Shown: positions 30,123 to 40,757, numbered from the stretch's first letter. The stretch is DNA of 64,000 nucleotides from Minisyncoccota bacterium (GCA_041651415.1 JBAZJH010000001.1:11374-75373); one strand, 5' to 3'. The notes: generated from the sequence alone by a model not told the origin. Program-made: numbers and translations.

Positions 30123-30890
30123 ATGAAAAGAGGTCAGTGCAAACTTTGTCTTCAAATAAAAGATTTGTGTAAGGAATCTCATATTATTCCCAGTTTTTTA
30201 TACAAATTGCTAGCCGGAAAAAATAGCCTCTTGGTGTTTCTTGATAAAATCGCTGCGCGTTTTCGCTACAACGGCGAATATGAGAGAAATATTTTGTGTG
30301 AAAACTGTGACAATCAGATAATTGGCAAGCTAGATGACTATGCAGCAAAGTTTATTCACAACGAGTTTCCTCAGAAATTAAATTCTCGGATAGAAGTCAT
30401 TAACGGACATGAGTATCTAGTGATTGAAAATGATCCGAATTACGATTACAAAAAATACAAACTTTTCTTGCTCTCCCTGCTTTGGCGGTCGAGCATTGCT
30501 TCTAGACCGTTTTTCCAGCAGCTAAAGCTTTCTTCAAGCGTAGAGGATGATTTGAGACAAATGATTTTATCGAGCAATCCAGGGGAACCCGAAAGATATG
30601 CATCATTCGTTTTCTTGCCTCCTCTTGTTTCGGCTCCTGGAGGAGGCAGAGGATTCAACACTTTCTACATGCCAACCATGTCTCCAATAATGGCAAAAAA
30701 CAACGACTGGGAGATATGCAAATTCATCGTTGAGGGGATGATGTTCTTCTTTCTGATTTCTGCGCCGCCAGGAACCAAAGTTGAGCCGTCTACACGAAAA
30801 GATAAACTCCTTCTTAAAATCTCGACACCTGAAGAACAGAGCGAGGTTCATAAGCTAATCTTTGAGATGGTGCGAAATCACAAAAGATAG
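30123..30890 (+). CDS. HNH-like Zn-binding nuclease domain protein
   Basis: CKLC..SHIIP..LCENCDN. Confidence 0.7.
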   Translation: MKRGQCKLCLQIKDLCKESHIIPSFLYKLLAGKNSLLVFLDKIAARFRYNGEYERNILCENCDNQIIGKLDDYAAKFIHNEFPQKLNSRIEVINGHEYLVIENDPNYDYKKYKLFLLSLLWRSSIASRPFFQQLKLSSSVEDDLRQMILSSNPGEPERYASFVFLPPLVSAPGGGRGFNTFYMPTMSPIMAKNNDWEICKFIVEGMMFFFLISAPPGTKVEPSTRKDKLLLKISTPEEQSEVHKLIFEMVRNHKR

Positions 30891-31031
30891 ATTGTCGTGC
30901 CGAGGCCTCAATTGGCTCGAAGGAAATCGTCCAAAATATCCTTATGGGACTTGGACTATAAAGTTCAAAACTCAAGTAGCCCGCAGGATTGAGTATGGTG
31001 TTTTGTGATCGATGCTCTTAAATAATCGTAT

Positions 31032-31670
31032 ATGTCGGAAATTACTTATAAAGAAAAATTTGAGCAGCTGCAGGATTTGCTACTTGGGGCATTCAACACT
31101 TTTTATGTGTGGAAAGCGCTTCAAACTGAGGAGAATAATGACGTTTATAAAGAAGACGGGAATTTTTGGTCGGTGGTGATTCCTGCTTTGCAGCATGAGT
31201 GGTTTATTAGCTTGGCTCGACTTTTTGAAGACTCGCGCTTTAGCGATAAAGGTAAGGTTATTTCGGTACATGCACTAATCAAAGAGCATCCAAACTCAAC
31301 AAAAGTAAAGGATGCGAAAGAATTTATTCAGAAAAACGATCGGGTATTTAAAAACATAACGAGAATTCGAGACCTTCGGCATGCACATAACAATGCGCGA
31401 TTTTTGGTCAGTCCGAAAGGATTTGAGAAAAAGTTTGAACTCAAATATGGCGAGTTAGAAGAAATTTTTGAATTTGCTGATAAGTTACTTGAAATTCTGC
31501 ATCCCGAAGATAATTATGGCTATATTCTCGACCACATGAAAGATGAGGCTCGAATTCATACTGAAGATATTATTCGAGGCTTACGTTATTTCTTTAACGA
31601 AAGGAATAAGTATAGAAAGAGGTGGGTTAATGGTGAAGTTGATGGCCCTGACTTTCCACTAAAGACTTAA
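31032..31670 (+). CDS. HEPN-domain protein (AbiU2-like)
   Basis: Helical protein with 'LARLFE' and RDLRHAH (Rx4-6H). Confidence 0.65.
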   Translation: MSEITYKEKFEQLQDLLLGAFNTFYVWKALQTEENNDVYKEDGNFWSVVIPALQHEWFISLARLFEDSRFSDKGKVISVHALIKEHPNSTKVKDAKEFIQKNDRVFKNITRIRDLRHAHNNARFLVSPKGFEKKFELKYGELEEIFEFADKLLEILHPEDNYGYILDHMKDEARIHTEDIIRGLRYFFNERNKYRKRWVNGEVDGPDFPLKT

Positions 31671-31812
31671 CTGACCGGTCTGTTTTATTTTGCCCAGTCG
31701 CCAAGTTGCTATAGAAAAACCTTTTACTGCTTGGAAAGTGTTAATTTCTAAACCGATTTATACTGCCAAGTTTTATATTCAGTGAAATTGAAAATTATCC
31801 TATAAAAATTGA

Positions 31813-32856
31813 TTAGCGGAGGGATTTGGAAATTAGTTTTTCAACTTTCTTTTGTTCTTTTTTTAGGCGGTTTTCAAATTCTTTAAAAACATAGACGTTT
31901 TTGGGATTCAAGGCGTAGGGCAGGAAGTGGAGAAGAAGATGAGCTAAGAAAGCGATAAAAGCAATGACTGCCGCAACGGGCAGTTCTTTATAAATGCCGG
32001 TTGAAAAAACAGTAAAGAGAAAGAAAATATGAATGGCGGAAAGGATGGAAAAAGACAGAAGGTCAAACCGCCAGAGATATTTTTTCTTGTATTTAACAAT
32101 CGCAAAAAGAACGATGTTAATAAGTTCCACTATGATTACAACAAGAGCAATAAGTTTCCATTGCTGGACTTCGGGATTATAAATCACATTGAGATTGGGA
32201 TAGTAGTTAAATCCGATAAATTGATACCAGTTATTTATGCCGTAAGGAATAACGGAAAAAAGTCCGAACAGAGCGAGTCCGATTATTAAGCTTATGTAAG
32301 ACAAAATGGGGCTTATAAGCATCAATAATTCCGTCAGAAGCCGTTTAGGGTTAAGCGTGCGGATAAAGCGAATCAGAAAAGAGAAGGACAGGACAACAAA
32401 AATCCAGCCGGCCAGATTTTCATAAGGAACTCCAAACCATTCTTCGTTAAGCGGGATAACCCAATGCCAAAAACCCAGACGAATAGCAACAATGTCCATA
32501 GAGAGGTCAAGAACCAAAGCGGTTAAGGCATCCAAAAACGGGCGAAAAAACCAAGGAATATTGTATTGGTCGGACAGGAGCATAGCGCAATAAATAATAA
32601 CCGCCCAGCCGCAACCGATAGCGAGAGGAACGCCGAACATTTGAACAAGAAAGTCGGAGCTGTAGCCGTAGTTGTGCGCCAAAATGGTGTTGCCGACTTC
32701 CAAAATCATGCCGAAAGCGGCGCAACTTAAGATTTCATAAATCCGCAAAATATTTTTTTGATAATATTCACGAATAAGAATGATTACAAAAGGCACAAAA
32801 ACCAAAAATTCAAAAAAAAGATAAAGATTTATATTTAAATAAGGAAGAGATGACAT
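31813..32856 (-). CDS. CruF/DUF422-like membrane protein
   Basis: FGVPLAIGCGW, DLSMDIVA..GFWHW, WFGVPYENLAGW. Confidence 0.75.
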   Translation of the reverse strand: MSSLPYLNINLYLFFEFLVFVPFVIILIREYYQKNILRIYEILSCAAFGMILEVGNTILAHNYGYSSDFLVQMFGVPLAIGCGWAVIIYCAMLLSDQYNIPWFFRPFLDALTALVLDLSMDIVAIRLGFWHWVIPLNEEWFGVPYENLAGWIFVVLSFSFLIRFIRTLNPKRLLTELLMLISPILSYISLIIGLALFGLFSVIPYGINNWYQFIGFNYYPNLNVIYNPEVQQWKLIALVVIIVELINIVLFAIVKYKKKYLWRFDLLSFSILSAIHIFFLFTVFSTGIYKELPVAAVIAFIAFLAHLLLHFLPYALNPKNVYVFKEFENRLKKEQKKVEKLISKSLR

Positions 32857-32958
32857 AAAGATTATTTCTTAATATTTTATTTACGTATTTTTTAATTTTA
32901 TAACAGATTCTTAATTTGGTATAATTTAATCATTAAAATTAATTTTTTGTTTTAGACC

Positions 32959-33204
32959 ATGAAGCTTAATCAAAAGGGGTTGGCGATGACTTTGGGAGTA
33001 ATGTGGGGAGTTTGTTTTTTCGCCATGACTTTAATTTCGGCGAATAACGGATATGCGGGAGAATTTTTAAAAATTTTTGTCGGGGTTTATCCGGGTTATG
33101 AAATAAGCGTGGCGGGAAGCGTTACCGGACTGGTTTATGGGTTTATTGACGGATTTGTCAGCGGATACATTCTTGTTTGGCTTTATAATAAATTTTCCAA
33201 ATAA
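32959..33204 (+). CDS. Small 2-TM membrane protein (holin-like family)
   Basis: YPGY..S..GS..GLVYGFIDG..WLYN. Confidence 0.75.
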   Translation: MKLNQKGLAMTLGVMWGVCFFAMTLISANNGYAGEFLKIFVGVYPGYEISVAGSVTGLVYGFIDGFVSGYILVWLYNKFSK

Positions 33205-33206
33205 AA

Positions 33207-33473
33207 ATGGCGGAAATAAGAAAAAAAATCTGGCCAGAATATTTTGAAGCAGTGGAGTCCGGGAAAAAGAAGTTTGAATTGCGTTTAAATGATTTTGAAA
33301 TAAAGGAAGGAGACACGCTTATACTAGAAGAGTGGAATCCCGAAACGAAAGAATACACAGGCAGAAAAACGGAAAAGAAAGTAGTAAGGGTTGATAAGTT
33401 TATGATAGACAAATTATTTTGGCCGGAAGAGGAAATAAAAGAAAAAGGAATTCAGATAATGTCTTTAGAATGA
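33207..33473 (+). CDS. ASCH/DUF3850 domain protein
   Basis: KIWPEYFEAV.SGKK.FELR.ND..GD.L.LEEW..YTGR. Confidence 0.88.
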   Translation: MAEIRKKIWPEYFEAVESGKKKFELRLNDFEIKEGDTLILEEWNPETKEYTGRKTEKKVVRVDKFMIDKLFWPEEEIKEKGIQIMSLE

Positions 33474-33769
33474 AAAATATAACAAAAACGACTTTATTTA
33501 CGGCAGGACTGTCTTTTGTGACGGTAGCTTTGGCGATTTTTATGCAACTTAGAGCGGAGGAAAGTTTGTCTTTAAAATGCAGTTATCTTGACCCGATTGG
33601 CATAGATATTTTGGCGTTTTTGGCCGCTCTATTTTTAGCAACAGAGGGAATAATCAGAATTTACGAACATAAAAATTATTCTTTACTAAAACAGGCGACG
33701 AGAGCTATTCGAGTGGCGTTCGGATGCGCGATTATGATGCTCCATATCTTGCAGTTTTGGTATAAGTAA
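33470..33769 (+). CDS. Small membrane protein
   Basis: ATG overlapping upstream stop; 3 hydrophobic segments. Confidence 0.65.
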   Translation: MKNITKTTLFTAGLSFVTVALAIFMQLRAEESLSLKCSYLDPIGIDILAFLAALFLATEGIIRIYEHKNYSLLKQATRAIRVAFGCAIMMLHILQFWYK

Positions 33770-33965
33770 TAAATAAAAGATAAAGGTGGATTCCCGCCTT
33801 CGCGAGAATGACAGGTTGAAGCTTCTTAATATTAATTGGCTCATAAATTAAAAAAAGATAGATTTCTATTTTTGTGAGAATGACGGAAAGTTTTTCACAT
33901 GGGACAATGTGGTATAATTAAATTAAAGTCGCAGCGTTTCTTTATAAATTAATTTTTAATTATTT

Positions 33966-34076
33966 ATGTGCCAAGAATGCGGATGCGAGCCGTGCGGAAA
34001 ATGTGGAGCGAAAATTGAAGACGGAAAATGTTCGGGATGCGGAAAACCGGCTGAGGAGTGCGAGTGTGAAGGCTAG
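33966..34076 (+). CDS. 36-aa Cys-rich, metallothionein-like peptide (not in ORF track)
   Basis: MCQECGCEPCGKCGAKIEDGKCSGCGKPAEECECEG, 9 Cys; TGGTATAAT promoter upstream. Confidence 0.7.
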   Translation: MCQECGCEPCGKCGAKIEDGKCSGCGKPAEECECEG

Positions 34077-34118
34077 TTTTTAAATTAAAAACAGAAAGGT
34101 CGCAAATATTATATTTTT

Positions 34119-34316
34119 ATGGGAAAATTAAATGTTTTAGATTGGGTGGCTTTAATTCTGACAATTATAGGCGGATTAAACTGGGGTTTAGCTCCGATGG
34201 GAATAAATTTAGTGACGATGATTCTTAGCGAAGGAATGTGGGCTAATATTGTTTATTACTTAGTCGGACTTTCCGCTATTTATCTTTTGATTATTTCGCC
34301 GAAACTAAGAAAGTAA
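34119..34316 (+). CDS. DUF378 family membrane protein
   Basis: LTIIGGLNWGL..IVYYLVGLSA. Confidence 0.88.
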   Translation: MGKLNVLDWVALILTIIGGLNWGLAPMGINLVTMILSEGMWANIVYYLVGLSAIYLLIISPKLRK

Positions 34317-34391
34317 TTTTAAAAGATAATTCTAAAAAAGCGGCTTCAATATTTTATCGGAGCCGTTTTTTTGTGTTAAAATTATCGAAAG

Positions 34392-35132
34392 ATGTGGAGC
34401 AAACTTAGTCGAGACACAAGAAGGGTGATTTTGGCGATTTTAGCCGCGGGAGCGATTATTTTTGCTGTCCAGATTTTTGAAATTATTTGGTATTACGGAG
34501 TGCAGGGAGTAAAACTGAAAGCGGAGACGCAAGCGTTTTCCTTGGAGAGAGAAGTATCACTTGGAAAAATTTTAATAATAGGAGACAGTACGGGGGCGGG
34601 AACAGGAGCAAACAGTTCAAAAGAAACAATTGCCGGATTTTTGGCGGAAGAAGGATTTTTTGTAAAAAATAAAGCGGAATGGGGGGCGATGACGGAAGAA
34701 ATTGTCGGACAGCTTAAAGGAGAAGAAAAAAAAAATTATGATTTAGTCCTTATTTTTACCGGAGGTAATGACATTCTATGGTTCTATGATTTAGATAAGA
34801 CGGTTTTAAATTTGGAAAAAACTTTGGAAAAAGCGAAGGAAGTTGGGAGGAGAGTGGCAATAGTGCCGCCCGGGAATGTGGGACTGGCGCCTATGTTTAA
34901 AGAACCGGTTGGGCTTCTTTACACGAGAAGAACAAAGTTTGTTAGATCGGAATTTATGAAAGTAGCGAAAGAAAAAGGAGCTATTTATGTGGATTTATTT
35001 ACGGATAATTTAGAAGAACTTTTTTCCGGAGAGCCGCTTAAATATTTTGCTTCGGATTTGCTTCATCCAAGTTCGGAAGGATATAAAGTGTGGTATGAAA
35101 AATTAAAGGAAGCGCTGAATGGAGAAAAATGA
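34392..35132 (+). CDS. SGNH/GDSL hydrolase
   Basis: GDST, GGND, DLLHP. Confidence 0.9.
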   Translation: MWSKLSRDTRRVILAILAAGAIIFAVQIFEIIWYYGVQGVKLKAETQAFSLEREVSLGKILIIGDSTGAGTGANSSKETIAGFLAEEGFFVKNKAEWGAMTEEIVGQLKGEEKKNYDLVLIFTGGNDILWFYDLDKTVLNLEKTLEKAKEVGRRVAIVPPGNVGLAPMFKEPVGLLYTRRTKFVRSEFMKVAKEKGAIYVDLFTDNLEELFSGEPLKYFASDLLHPSSEGYKVWYEKLKEALNGEK

Positions 35133-35257
35133 AACTTCACGGCCGTAAGGCCGTGGAATCTTAAAGTTTCACCTCGTAGAAAGTCGGGTTTTATTAAATC
35201 TTTACCGCTTCAACTCCCTAGCTAACGCGCGGGGTTTTCGCGAAGATTTAATAAATC
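35130..35257 (+). mobile_element. ~125-bp non-coding repeat, copy 2
   Basis: cacggccgtaaggccgtg hairpin; similar to 7749-7875. Confidence 0.55.
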
Positions 35258-35330
35258 AGATTTTATAAAAGAATGATTTTTCTTCAAGAAACTTGACGAG
35301 TGGGGTTTTTGGATTAGAATGTAAGGTGCT

Positions 35331-35855
35331 ATGGAAGAAGAAAAAAAGGAAAAAAACGAGGATGTCCTTCGACAAGCTCAGGAAATAAAATCAGACGGTT
35401 CTTTGAACGGCCAATTGGCGGATTCAGATTCGGATGATTTGAAAGCGTGTTTGAAAGATAAAGAGGAATATCTGAATGGTTGGAAAAGGGCAAAGGCGGA
35501 TTTAGAGAATTATAAAAAGGAAGAGGCGGCGAGAGCGGAAATGTTGGCAAAGTTTGCAAATGTGGCTTTATTGAGAGATTTACTTTCTGTGATGGATAGT
35601 TTTGATTTGGCAATAAGCGCGGAGAAAGAAAACAAAGGGCTTATTTTAATAAGAACGCAATTAGAGAGTTTTCTTTTAAAAAACGGAATGGAGCCGATAA
35701 AAGCAATGGGAGAAAAGTTTGATCCGGAAATTCACGAGGCGGTTCAAGAAGAAGAAGGAAAGGGAGAAAGCGGAATAGTGACGGCCGAAATAGAAAGGGG
35801 ATGGAAGTTGTATGAAAAAGTGATAAGGCCGGCAAAAGTGAAAGTTTCAAAATAA
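35331..35855 (+). CDS. grpE: Nucleotide exchange factor GrpE
   Basis: RAKADLENYKK, FDPEIHEAV, RPAKVKV. Confidence 0.95.
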   Translation: MEEEKKEKNEDVLRQAQEIKSDGSLNGQLADSDSDDLKACLKDKEEYLNGWKRAKADLENYKKEEAARAEMLAKFANVALLRDLLSVMDSFDLAISAEKENKGLILIRTQLESFLLKNGMEPIKAMGEKFDPEIHEAVQEEEGKGESGIVTAEIERGWKLYEKVIRPAKVKVSK

Positions 35856-35909
35856 TTAGAAAATTAGTAAACAGTAATAAAAAACAAGTTGGAGTAAAAT
35901 ATAAAAACT

Positions 35910-37778
35910 ATGGGAAAAATTTTAGGAATAGATTTAGGAACAAGCAATTCGGCGGCGGCGGTTGTCTCCGGCGGGAATCCGGAAATAATTGAGAATGCCG
36001 AAGGAAACAGAACGACGCCGTCAGTAGTGGCGATAAATAAAACAGGAGAAAGGTTAGTGGGGCTTCTTGCCAAAAGACAAGCTATAACCAACCCGCAAAA
36101 CACGATTTTTTCCGTGAAGCGTTTGATTGGCAGAACTTTTTCCGACCTGGAAGTGCAAAAGGACAGAAAACTTTTGCCTTTTGAAATGAGAGAAGCGGAA
36201 AACGGAGGATTGGAAGTGAAAATGGGCGGAGCGGGAAAAGAAGGATGGTATAAGCCGGAAGAAATTTCTTCGATGATTTTGGCTAAAATAAAAGCGGATG
36301 CGGAAGCGCGACTGGGAGAAAAAGTGGAAGAAGCGGTGATAACCGTGCCGGCTTATTTTGACGATAGCCAAAGGCAAGCGACAAAAAATGCGGGAGAGAT
36401 AGCGGGACTGAAAGTAAAAAGAATAATCAACGAACCGACAGCGGCGGCTCTTGCTTACGGTTTAAATAAAAATAAAAACGAACAGATTGTGGTTTATGAT
36501 TTTGGAGGAGGAACTTTTGACGTGTCGGTTCTTGAAGTGGGAGAAGGGACGGTGGAAGTGCGAGCGACAGGAGGAGACACGCATCTTGGAGGAGACGATG
36601 TGGACCAGAGAATCATTGAATTTTTGGTCGGCGAATATAAAAAACAAGAAGGGATAGATATAACGAAAGACCCGCTGGCTTTGCAGAGATTGAAAGAAGC
36701 GGCGGAGAGAGCAAAGCATGAACTTTCTTCGGCTCTTGAGACGGAAATAAATCTTCCTTACATAAGTTCGGACGTTTCCGGTCCAAAGCATTTTTTAATG
36801 AAGCTTTCGAGAGCGAAATTGGAAGGGTTGGTGGAAGATTTAGTGGAAAAATCAATAACAATAATGAAAGAGGTGATTACCGCTCCGTCGCCGAAAGGAG
36901 CGGGAATGAAAATTGCCGACATTGATGAGATTGTTTTAGTCGGCGGACAAACAAGAATGCCGGCGATTGTGGAAGCGGTGAAGAAAATTTTTGGAAAAGA
37001 ACCGCATAAAAATATAAACCCGGACGAAGTGGTGGCTTTAGGCGCGGCAGTAGAAGCGGGAATTTTGCAGGGAGATGTGAAAGACATATTACTACTTGAC
37101 GTGACGCCGCTTTCTTTATCTATAGAAACTTTAGGAGGAGTGGCAACGCCGATGATTCCGAAAAACACAACGGTGCCGACCGAGAAAAAACAGATTTTTT
37201 CAACAGCGGCAGACAATCAGACTTCAGTGGAAGTGCATGTTTTGCAAGGAGAGAGGCCGATGGCGCAGGACAACAAGACTTTAGCCAGATTTATTTTAGA
37301 CGGAATTCCGCCATCACCGAGAGGCGTGCCGCAAGTCGAAGTTTCTTTTGACGTTGACGCTAACGGAATTTTAAACGTGACGGCTCTTGATAAAGCATCA
37401 GGAAAAAAACAGACGGTCAAAATAGAAGCATCAACAACTTTATCAAGTGAAGAAGTGGAAAAATTAAAACAAGAAGCGACGGCGCATGCCGAAGAAGATA
37501 TAAAAAAGAAAAAATTGATTGAAGTCAGAAATCAAGCGGAAAGTTTGATTTATGTGGCGGAAAAATCTTTAAAGGAATCGGGAAAAGACGCGCCGGCAGA
37601 AATAAAAAGCGCAATAGAAAAAAAGATAGAAGAATTGAAGACGATAAAAGACGGAGAAGACGCGGAAGCGATAAGCAAAAAAGTTTCAGAGTTGTCCACA
37701 GAACTACAAAAAATAGGCGAGTCGCTGTATAATAAAAAAGATGATAACAGGAGCGACGGAGAAGCAGTTTCAAAGTAA
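35910..37778 (+). CDS. dnaK: Chaperone DnaK
   Basis: [34 protein letters not shown]. Confidence 0.99.
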   Translation: MGKILGIDLGTSNSAAAVVSGGNPEIIENAEGNRTTPSVVAINKTGERLVGLLAKRQAITNPQNTIFSVKRLIGRTFSDLEVQKDRKLLPFEMREAENGGLEVKMGGAGKEGWYKPEEISSMILAKIKADAEARLGEKVEEAVITVPAYFDDSQRQATKNAGEIAGLKVKRIINEPTAAALAYGLNKNKNEQIVVYDFGGGTFDVSVLEVGEGTVEVRATGGDTHLGGDDVDQRIIEFLVGEYKKQEGIDITKDPLALQRLKEAAERAKHELSSALETEINLPYISSDVSGPKHFLMKLSRAKLEGLVEDLVEKSITIMKEVITAPSPKGAGMKIADIDEIVLVGGQTRMPAIVEAVKKIFGKEPHKNINPDEVVALGAAVEAGILQGDVKDILLLDVTPLSLSIETLGGVATPMIPKNTTVPTEKKQIFSTAADNQTSVEVHVLQGERPMAQDNKTLARFILDGIPPSPRGVPQVEVSFDVDANGILNVTALDKASGKKQTVKIEASTTLSSEEVEKLKQEATAHAEEDIKKKKLIEVRNQAESLIYVAEKSLKESGKDAPAEIKSAIEKKIEELKTIKDGEDAEAISKKVSELSTELQKIGESLYNKKDDNRSDGEAVSK

Positions 37779-38754
37779 TATAGAGAGAATAGTAAAAGAA
37801 AAAGAAAGAGAAAGCCGAGAGTGGAAAAAAATAACTCTCGGAATTTTGGCTTCTTTTTTAGCTTTGGGTTTTTCCTATTTTTTTTACGGATTTTTATCAA
37901 AAGCGGAAGGGGACTTTTTATTAGCTCTGCTGTTTTTTTCTTTGTTTTCCGTCACCTTTCTTCTTTCCGCAGTTTTAATAGAAGACCAGAAAACGCTTTA
38001 CGCTTTTGTCTTTATAGAATCAGTGATGGCTTCAGTTTTTTTTATTGCGGAGGCTGATTTTATGTGGAGTTCGGCGGCTTTTTGCATTTTGTTTATTTTC
38101 CTCTCTTGGGCGATTTTTTCCGGGAAAAGAGAAGAAGAAGCATATTTGCGAATAAAATTTTTTAGAACAGGAAGAGCGGTGATGTTGAAGTTCGTGACAG
38201 GGATGTCTTTTTTTGCGGCGATTGCCTATGTGGCTGTGGTTCTTTCCGGAAGCGTAAATTTGATTTCTAAAGAAACGCTTTATTCTTTAATGACTCCAAG
38301 CGTTTCTTTTATAAATAAATTTTATCCGGGATTTTCGTTGGACCAAACTTTAAGGGAAAATATAGAAATTATGGTGAGTAAAGAGGTGGAAAAAAGTTCA
38401 AGCGCGGCTATTGTTTCGGAGGAAGAAAAAAGAGCAATAATAACCAGCGGAGTGATAAAAACAGAAAATACTTTTTCTGACTTTTTAGGGATGTCGCTAA
38501 ATTCAAGAGATAAAACTTCCGATGTTTTACATTTAATAGTTTCTTTAAAGTTTTCCGAACTTTTCAATCAATATGGATACGGAGTCTATGTAGTTTTGGC
38601 TTTAATTGTTTTTCTTGTTATTCGAGGAATTGGTCCCTTGTTCTATTGGCCGGTTCTTGTATCTTCTTTTGTTATCTACGAATTTCTTAGAGCTTTGGGA
38701 TTTTTTGCGATTTTACTTGAAGAAAGAAGCAAAGAAGTAATTTATATGAAGTAG
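37741..38754 (+). CDS. Multi-TM hypothetical protein (start uncertain)
   Basis: About 7 hydrophobic segments; overlaps dnaK end. Confidence 0.7.
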   Translation: MITGATEKQFQSNIERIVKEKERESREWKKITLGILASFLALGFSYFFYGFLSKAEGDFLLALLFFSLFSVTFLLSAVLIEDQKTLYAFVFIESVMASVFFIAEADFMWSSAAFCILFIFLSWAIFSGKREEEAYLRIKFFRTGRAVMLKFVTGMSFFAAIAYVAVVLSGSVNLISKETLYSLMTPSVSFINKFYPGFSLDQTLRENIEIMVSKEVEKSSSAAIVSEEEKRAIITSGVIKTENTFSDFLGMSLNSRDKTSDVLHLIVSLKFSELFNQYGYGVYVVLALIVFLVIRGIGPLFYWPVLVSSFVIYEFLRALGFFAILLEERSKEVIYMK

Positions 38755-38802
38755 CTGTGGTATAATTTCAGAAAGGCAAGTGTCTTGGTTTTTAAAATTT
38801 CA

Positions 38803-39228
38803 ATGAGTTTTTTTAAAATATTTTTTTCTAAAAGAGGGGCGGCGATGTTACCGGTTGTGATGGCGCTTGGAGGTGTAGTGATTGAATCAGTGGCAGTGAT
38901 GTCTTTTATGTCTTATACCTTAGGACAGGCGGGATTGGGGGAAAGATTATCTTCGGAAGCGTTTGCGGCGGCAAGAAGCGGAGCAATAGACGCGGTTCGA
39001 AGAGTTATAAGAGATAAAGATTTCTACAGCAGCGGAGGATATAATTTAACAGTGGGAGAAAAGACAGCTACAGTCACTGTAGTAAAAGATTATCCGGAAG
39101 TGGGTAAAACAAGGATAATTTCTACCGGCACAGCGCTTTTCCGACAAAGAAAAGTAATTGTTGATCTAAAAATAGATTCAACTACCGGACAAGTGGATGT
39201 AGTTTCTTTTGATGAGGGTAATTTATGA
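38803..39228 (+). CDS. PilX-like minor pilin
   Basis: Prepilin-like 'KRG-AAMLPVV' N-terminus, 'AFAAARSGAIDA', 'IISTG'. Confidence 0.65.
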   Translation: MSFFKIFFSKRGAAMLPVVMALGGVVIESVAVMSFMSYTLGQAGLGERLSSEAFAAARSGAIDAVRRVIRDKDFYSSGGYNLTVGEKTATVTVVKDYPEVGKTRIISTGTALFRQRKVIVDLKIDSTTGQVDVVSFDEGNL

Positions 39229-40757
39229 ACTATCAAAACGGAAGTTATTTAACCAGATTTCTTTCAATGTTAAGCCAGACGCCGCCAGTCGGCGGTCTTG
39301 AGATTTCCGAAAGTTTTTTAAGATTCTCTCTTTTTAGCGGAAAGAATTTATCGACAGCTTCTTTAAAATTGCCGCCCGGTATAGTAGGAAGAGGACGAGT
39401 GGAAAATGTCCAACAATTTAAGGAAGCGCTGAAGGTTTTAAAGAATAAATTAAGCGGGATTTATAGCGAAAAAGAGAAAGTGAACGTGATTGTTTCTTTG
39501 CCGTTTTCCAAAACTTATCTTCAAGTTTTTAAAATACCGGTAGTATCTGAAAAAGGACTTTCCGAGGCAATAAGACTGAATATGCAGATGATTTCGCCGA
39601 TTCCGATAGAAACGGCTTACTGCGATTCGGAGAAAATAGGACAAGAAGAAGCGACGGGACAAACGGAATTTTTAGGCGCTTTTGCGCCAATTCAAGAAAG
39701 CGACGCTTTTTCTTCTGTTTTAAAAGAAGCGGGATTTAATCCGATAGCGATTGAGTTCCCTATTTTATCTTTGGCGAGATTTTTCAGCGAAGAAGGCCAT
39801 GGTTTTGATATTTTTAAGCCTTATCTTTTTCTTCAAGTTTCTTCGGAAGGAGTAGATTTTATTATTTTAAGAAACGGCAAGCTTTATTTTGATTATTTTG
39901 TTTCTTGGAAATCGATACAAGGAACGGCAAAGGAAATAACGCAGGAAGCGTTTAATTCTTCGATAGCAAAAGCTTTTCAGCAGGTTTTGAATTTTTATTC
40001 AGGCAGATGGGGAAATGATTTAAAAATGGCGGTAGTTTTAGCGCAAGGAGGGACGTTTGAAGCGATAAAAAATTTAGGAGAGAGGTTTGGGCTAGAAGTT
40101 ACCCCTTTTTCTTTAATTGATTTTCCAAATATAGATCAAAACTGGCTAGTGACTTTATCACTTGCTATGAGGGGAAGAATGCCGAGAGGAAAAGATAAAT
40201 TTATCACGCTTTCCAGAGTGGATACGGAGGATGAATATAGAAATGAGCAAATAGCGACTTTTTCCAAATTTTGGAGAAATATATCGCTTTTAGTGCTGGG
40301 TTTCTTTTTGGCTATTTTATTTTTTTCCAGCTATTTTTTAAAAAATGCCTTGGAAAAAGTGGAAAACGATAATTTCGGGTCGGGAATTTCCAGTCAATCG
40401 CAGGTAATGGCGGATTTAGCTTCTTTGAAAGAAGGAGCGCAAGCGTTCAATAGATTGGTGAGCGCGGTCAAAGAGTCGGAAAAGGAAAGAATTATTTGGT
40501 CGGACTTTTTTGAAAAAATTTATGTTTTAGCGGGAAACGACATAAGCCTATCAAGAATTTTTTACCAATCAAGCAATGTGCCGATTGTTTTAAGCGGAAA
40601 AGCCGGTAGTGTGGAAAAAATTCTGTCTTTCAGAGACAGAATAATGGAAGAAAAAGAATTCAGCGAAGTTAATTTGCCTCTTTCCAATGTTTCTCAAGCC
40701 GGTCCGGAAGTGCTGTTTAATTTGAGTTTTTCTTTTAAAAGGGCGGAAACCAAGTAA
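39225..40757 (+). CDS. PilM-PilN-like fusion protein
   Basis: GGLEIS..LPPG.V.RG actin-like N-terminal domain; TM, coiled coil, 'W..F...I..L.G.A..' PilN-like C-terminus. Confidence 0.7.
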   Translation: MNYQNGSYLTRFLSMLSQTPPVGGLEISESFLRFSLFSGKNLSTASLKLPPGIVGRGRVENVQQFKEALKVLKNKLSGIYSEKEKVNVIVSLPFSKTYLQVFKIPVVSEKGLSEAIRLNMQMISPIPIETAYCDSEKIGQEEATGQTEFLGAFAPIQESDAFSSVLKEAGFNPIAIEFPILSLARFFSEEGHGFDIFKPYLFLQVSSEGVDFIILRNGKLYFDYFVSWKSIQGTAKEITQEAFNSSIAKAFQQVLNFYSGRWGNDLKMAVVLAQGGTFEAIKNLGERFGLEVTPFSLIDFPNIDQNWLVTLSLAMRGRMPRGKDKFITLSRVDTEDEYRNEQIATFSKFWRNISLLVLGFFLAILFFSSYFLKNALEKVENDNFGSGISSQSQVMADLASLKEGAQAFNRLVSAVKESEKERIIWSDFFEKIYVLAGNDISLSRIFYQSSNVPIVLSGKAGSVEKILSFRDRIMEEKEFSEVNLPLSNVSQAGPEVLFNLSFSFKRAETK

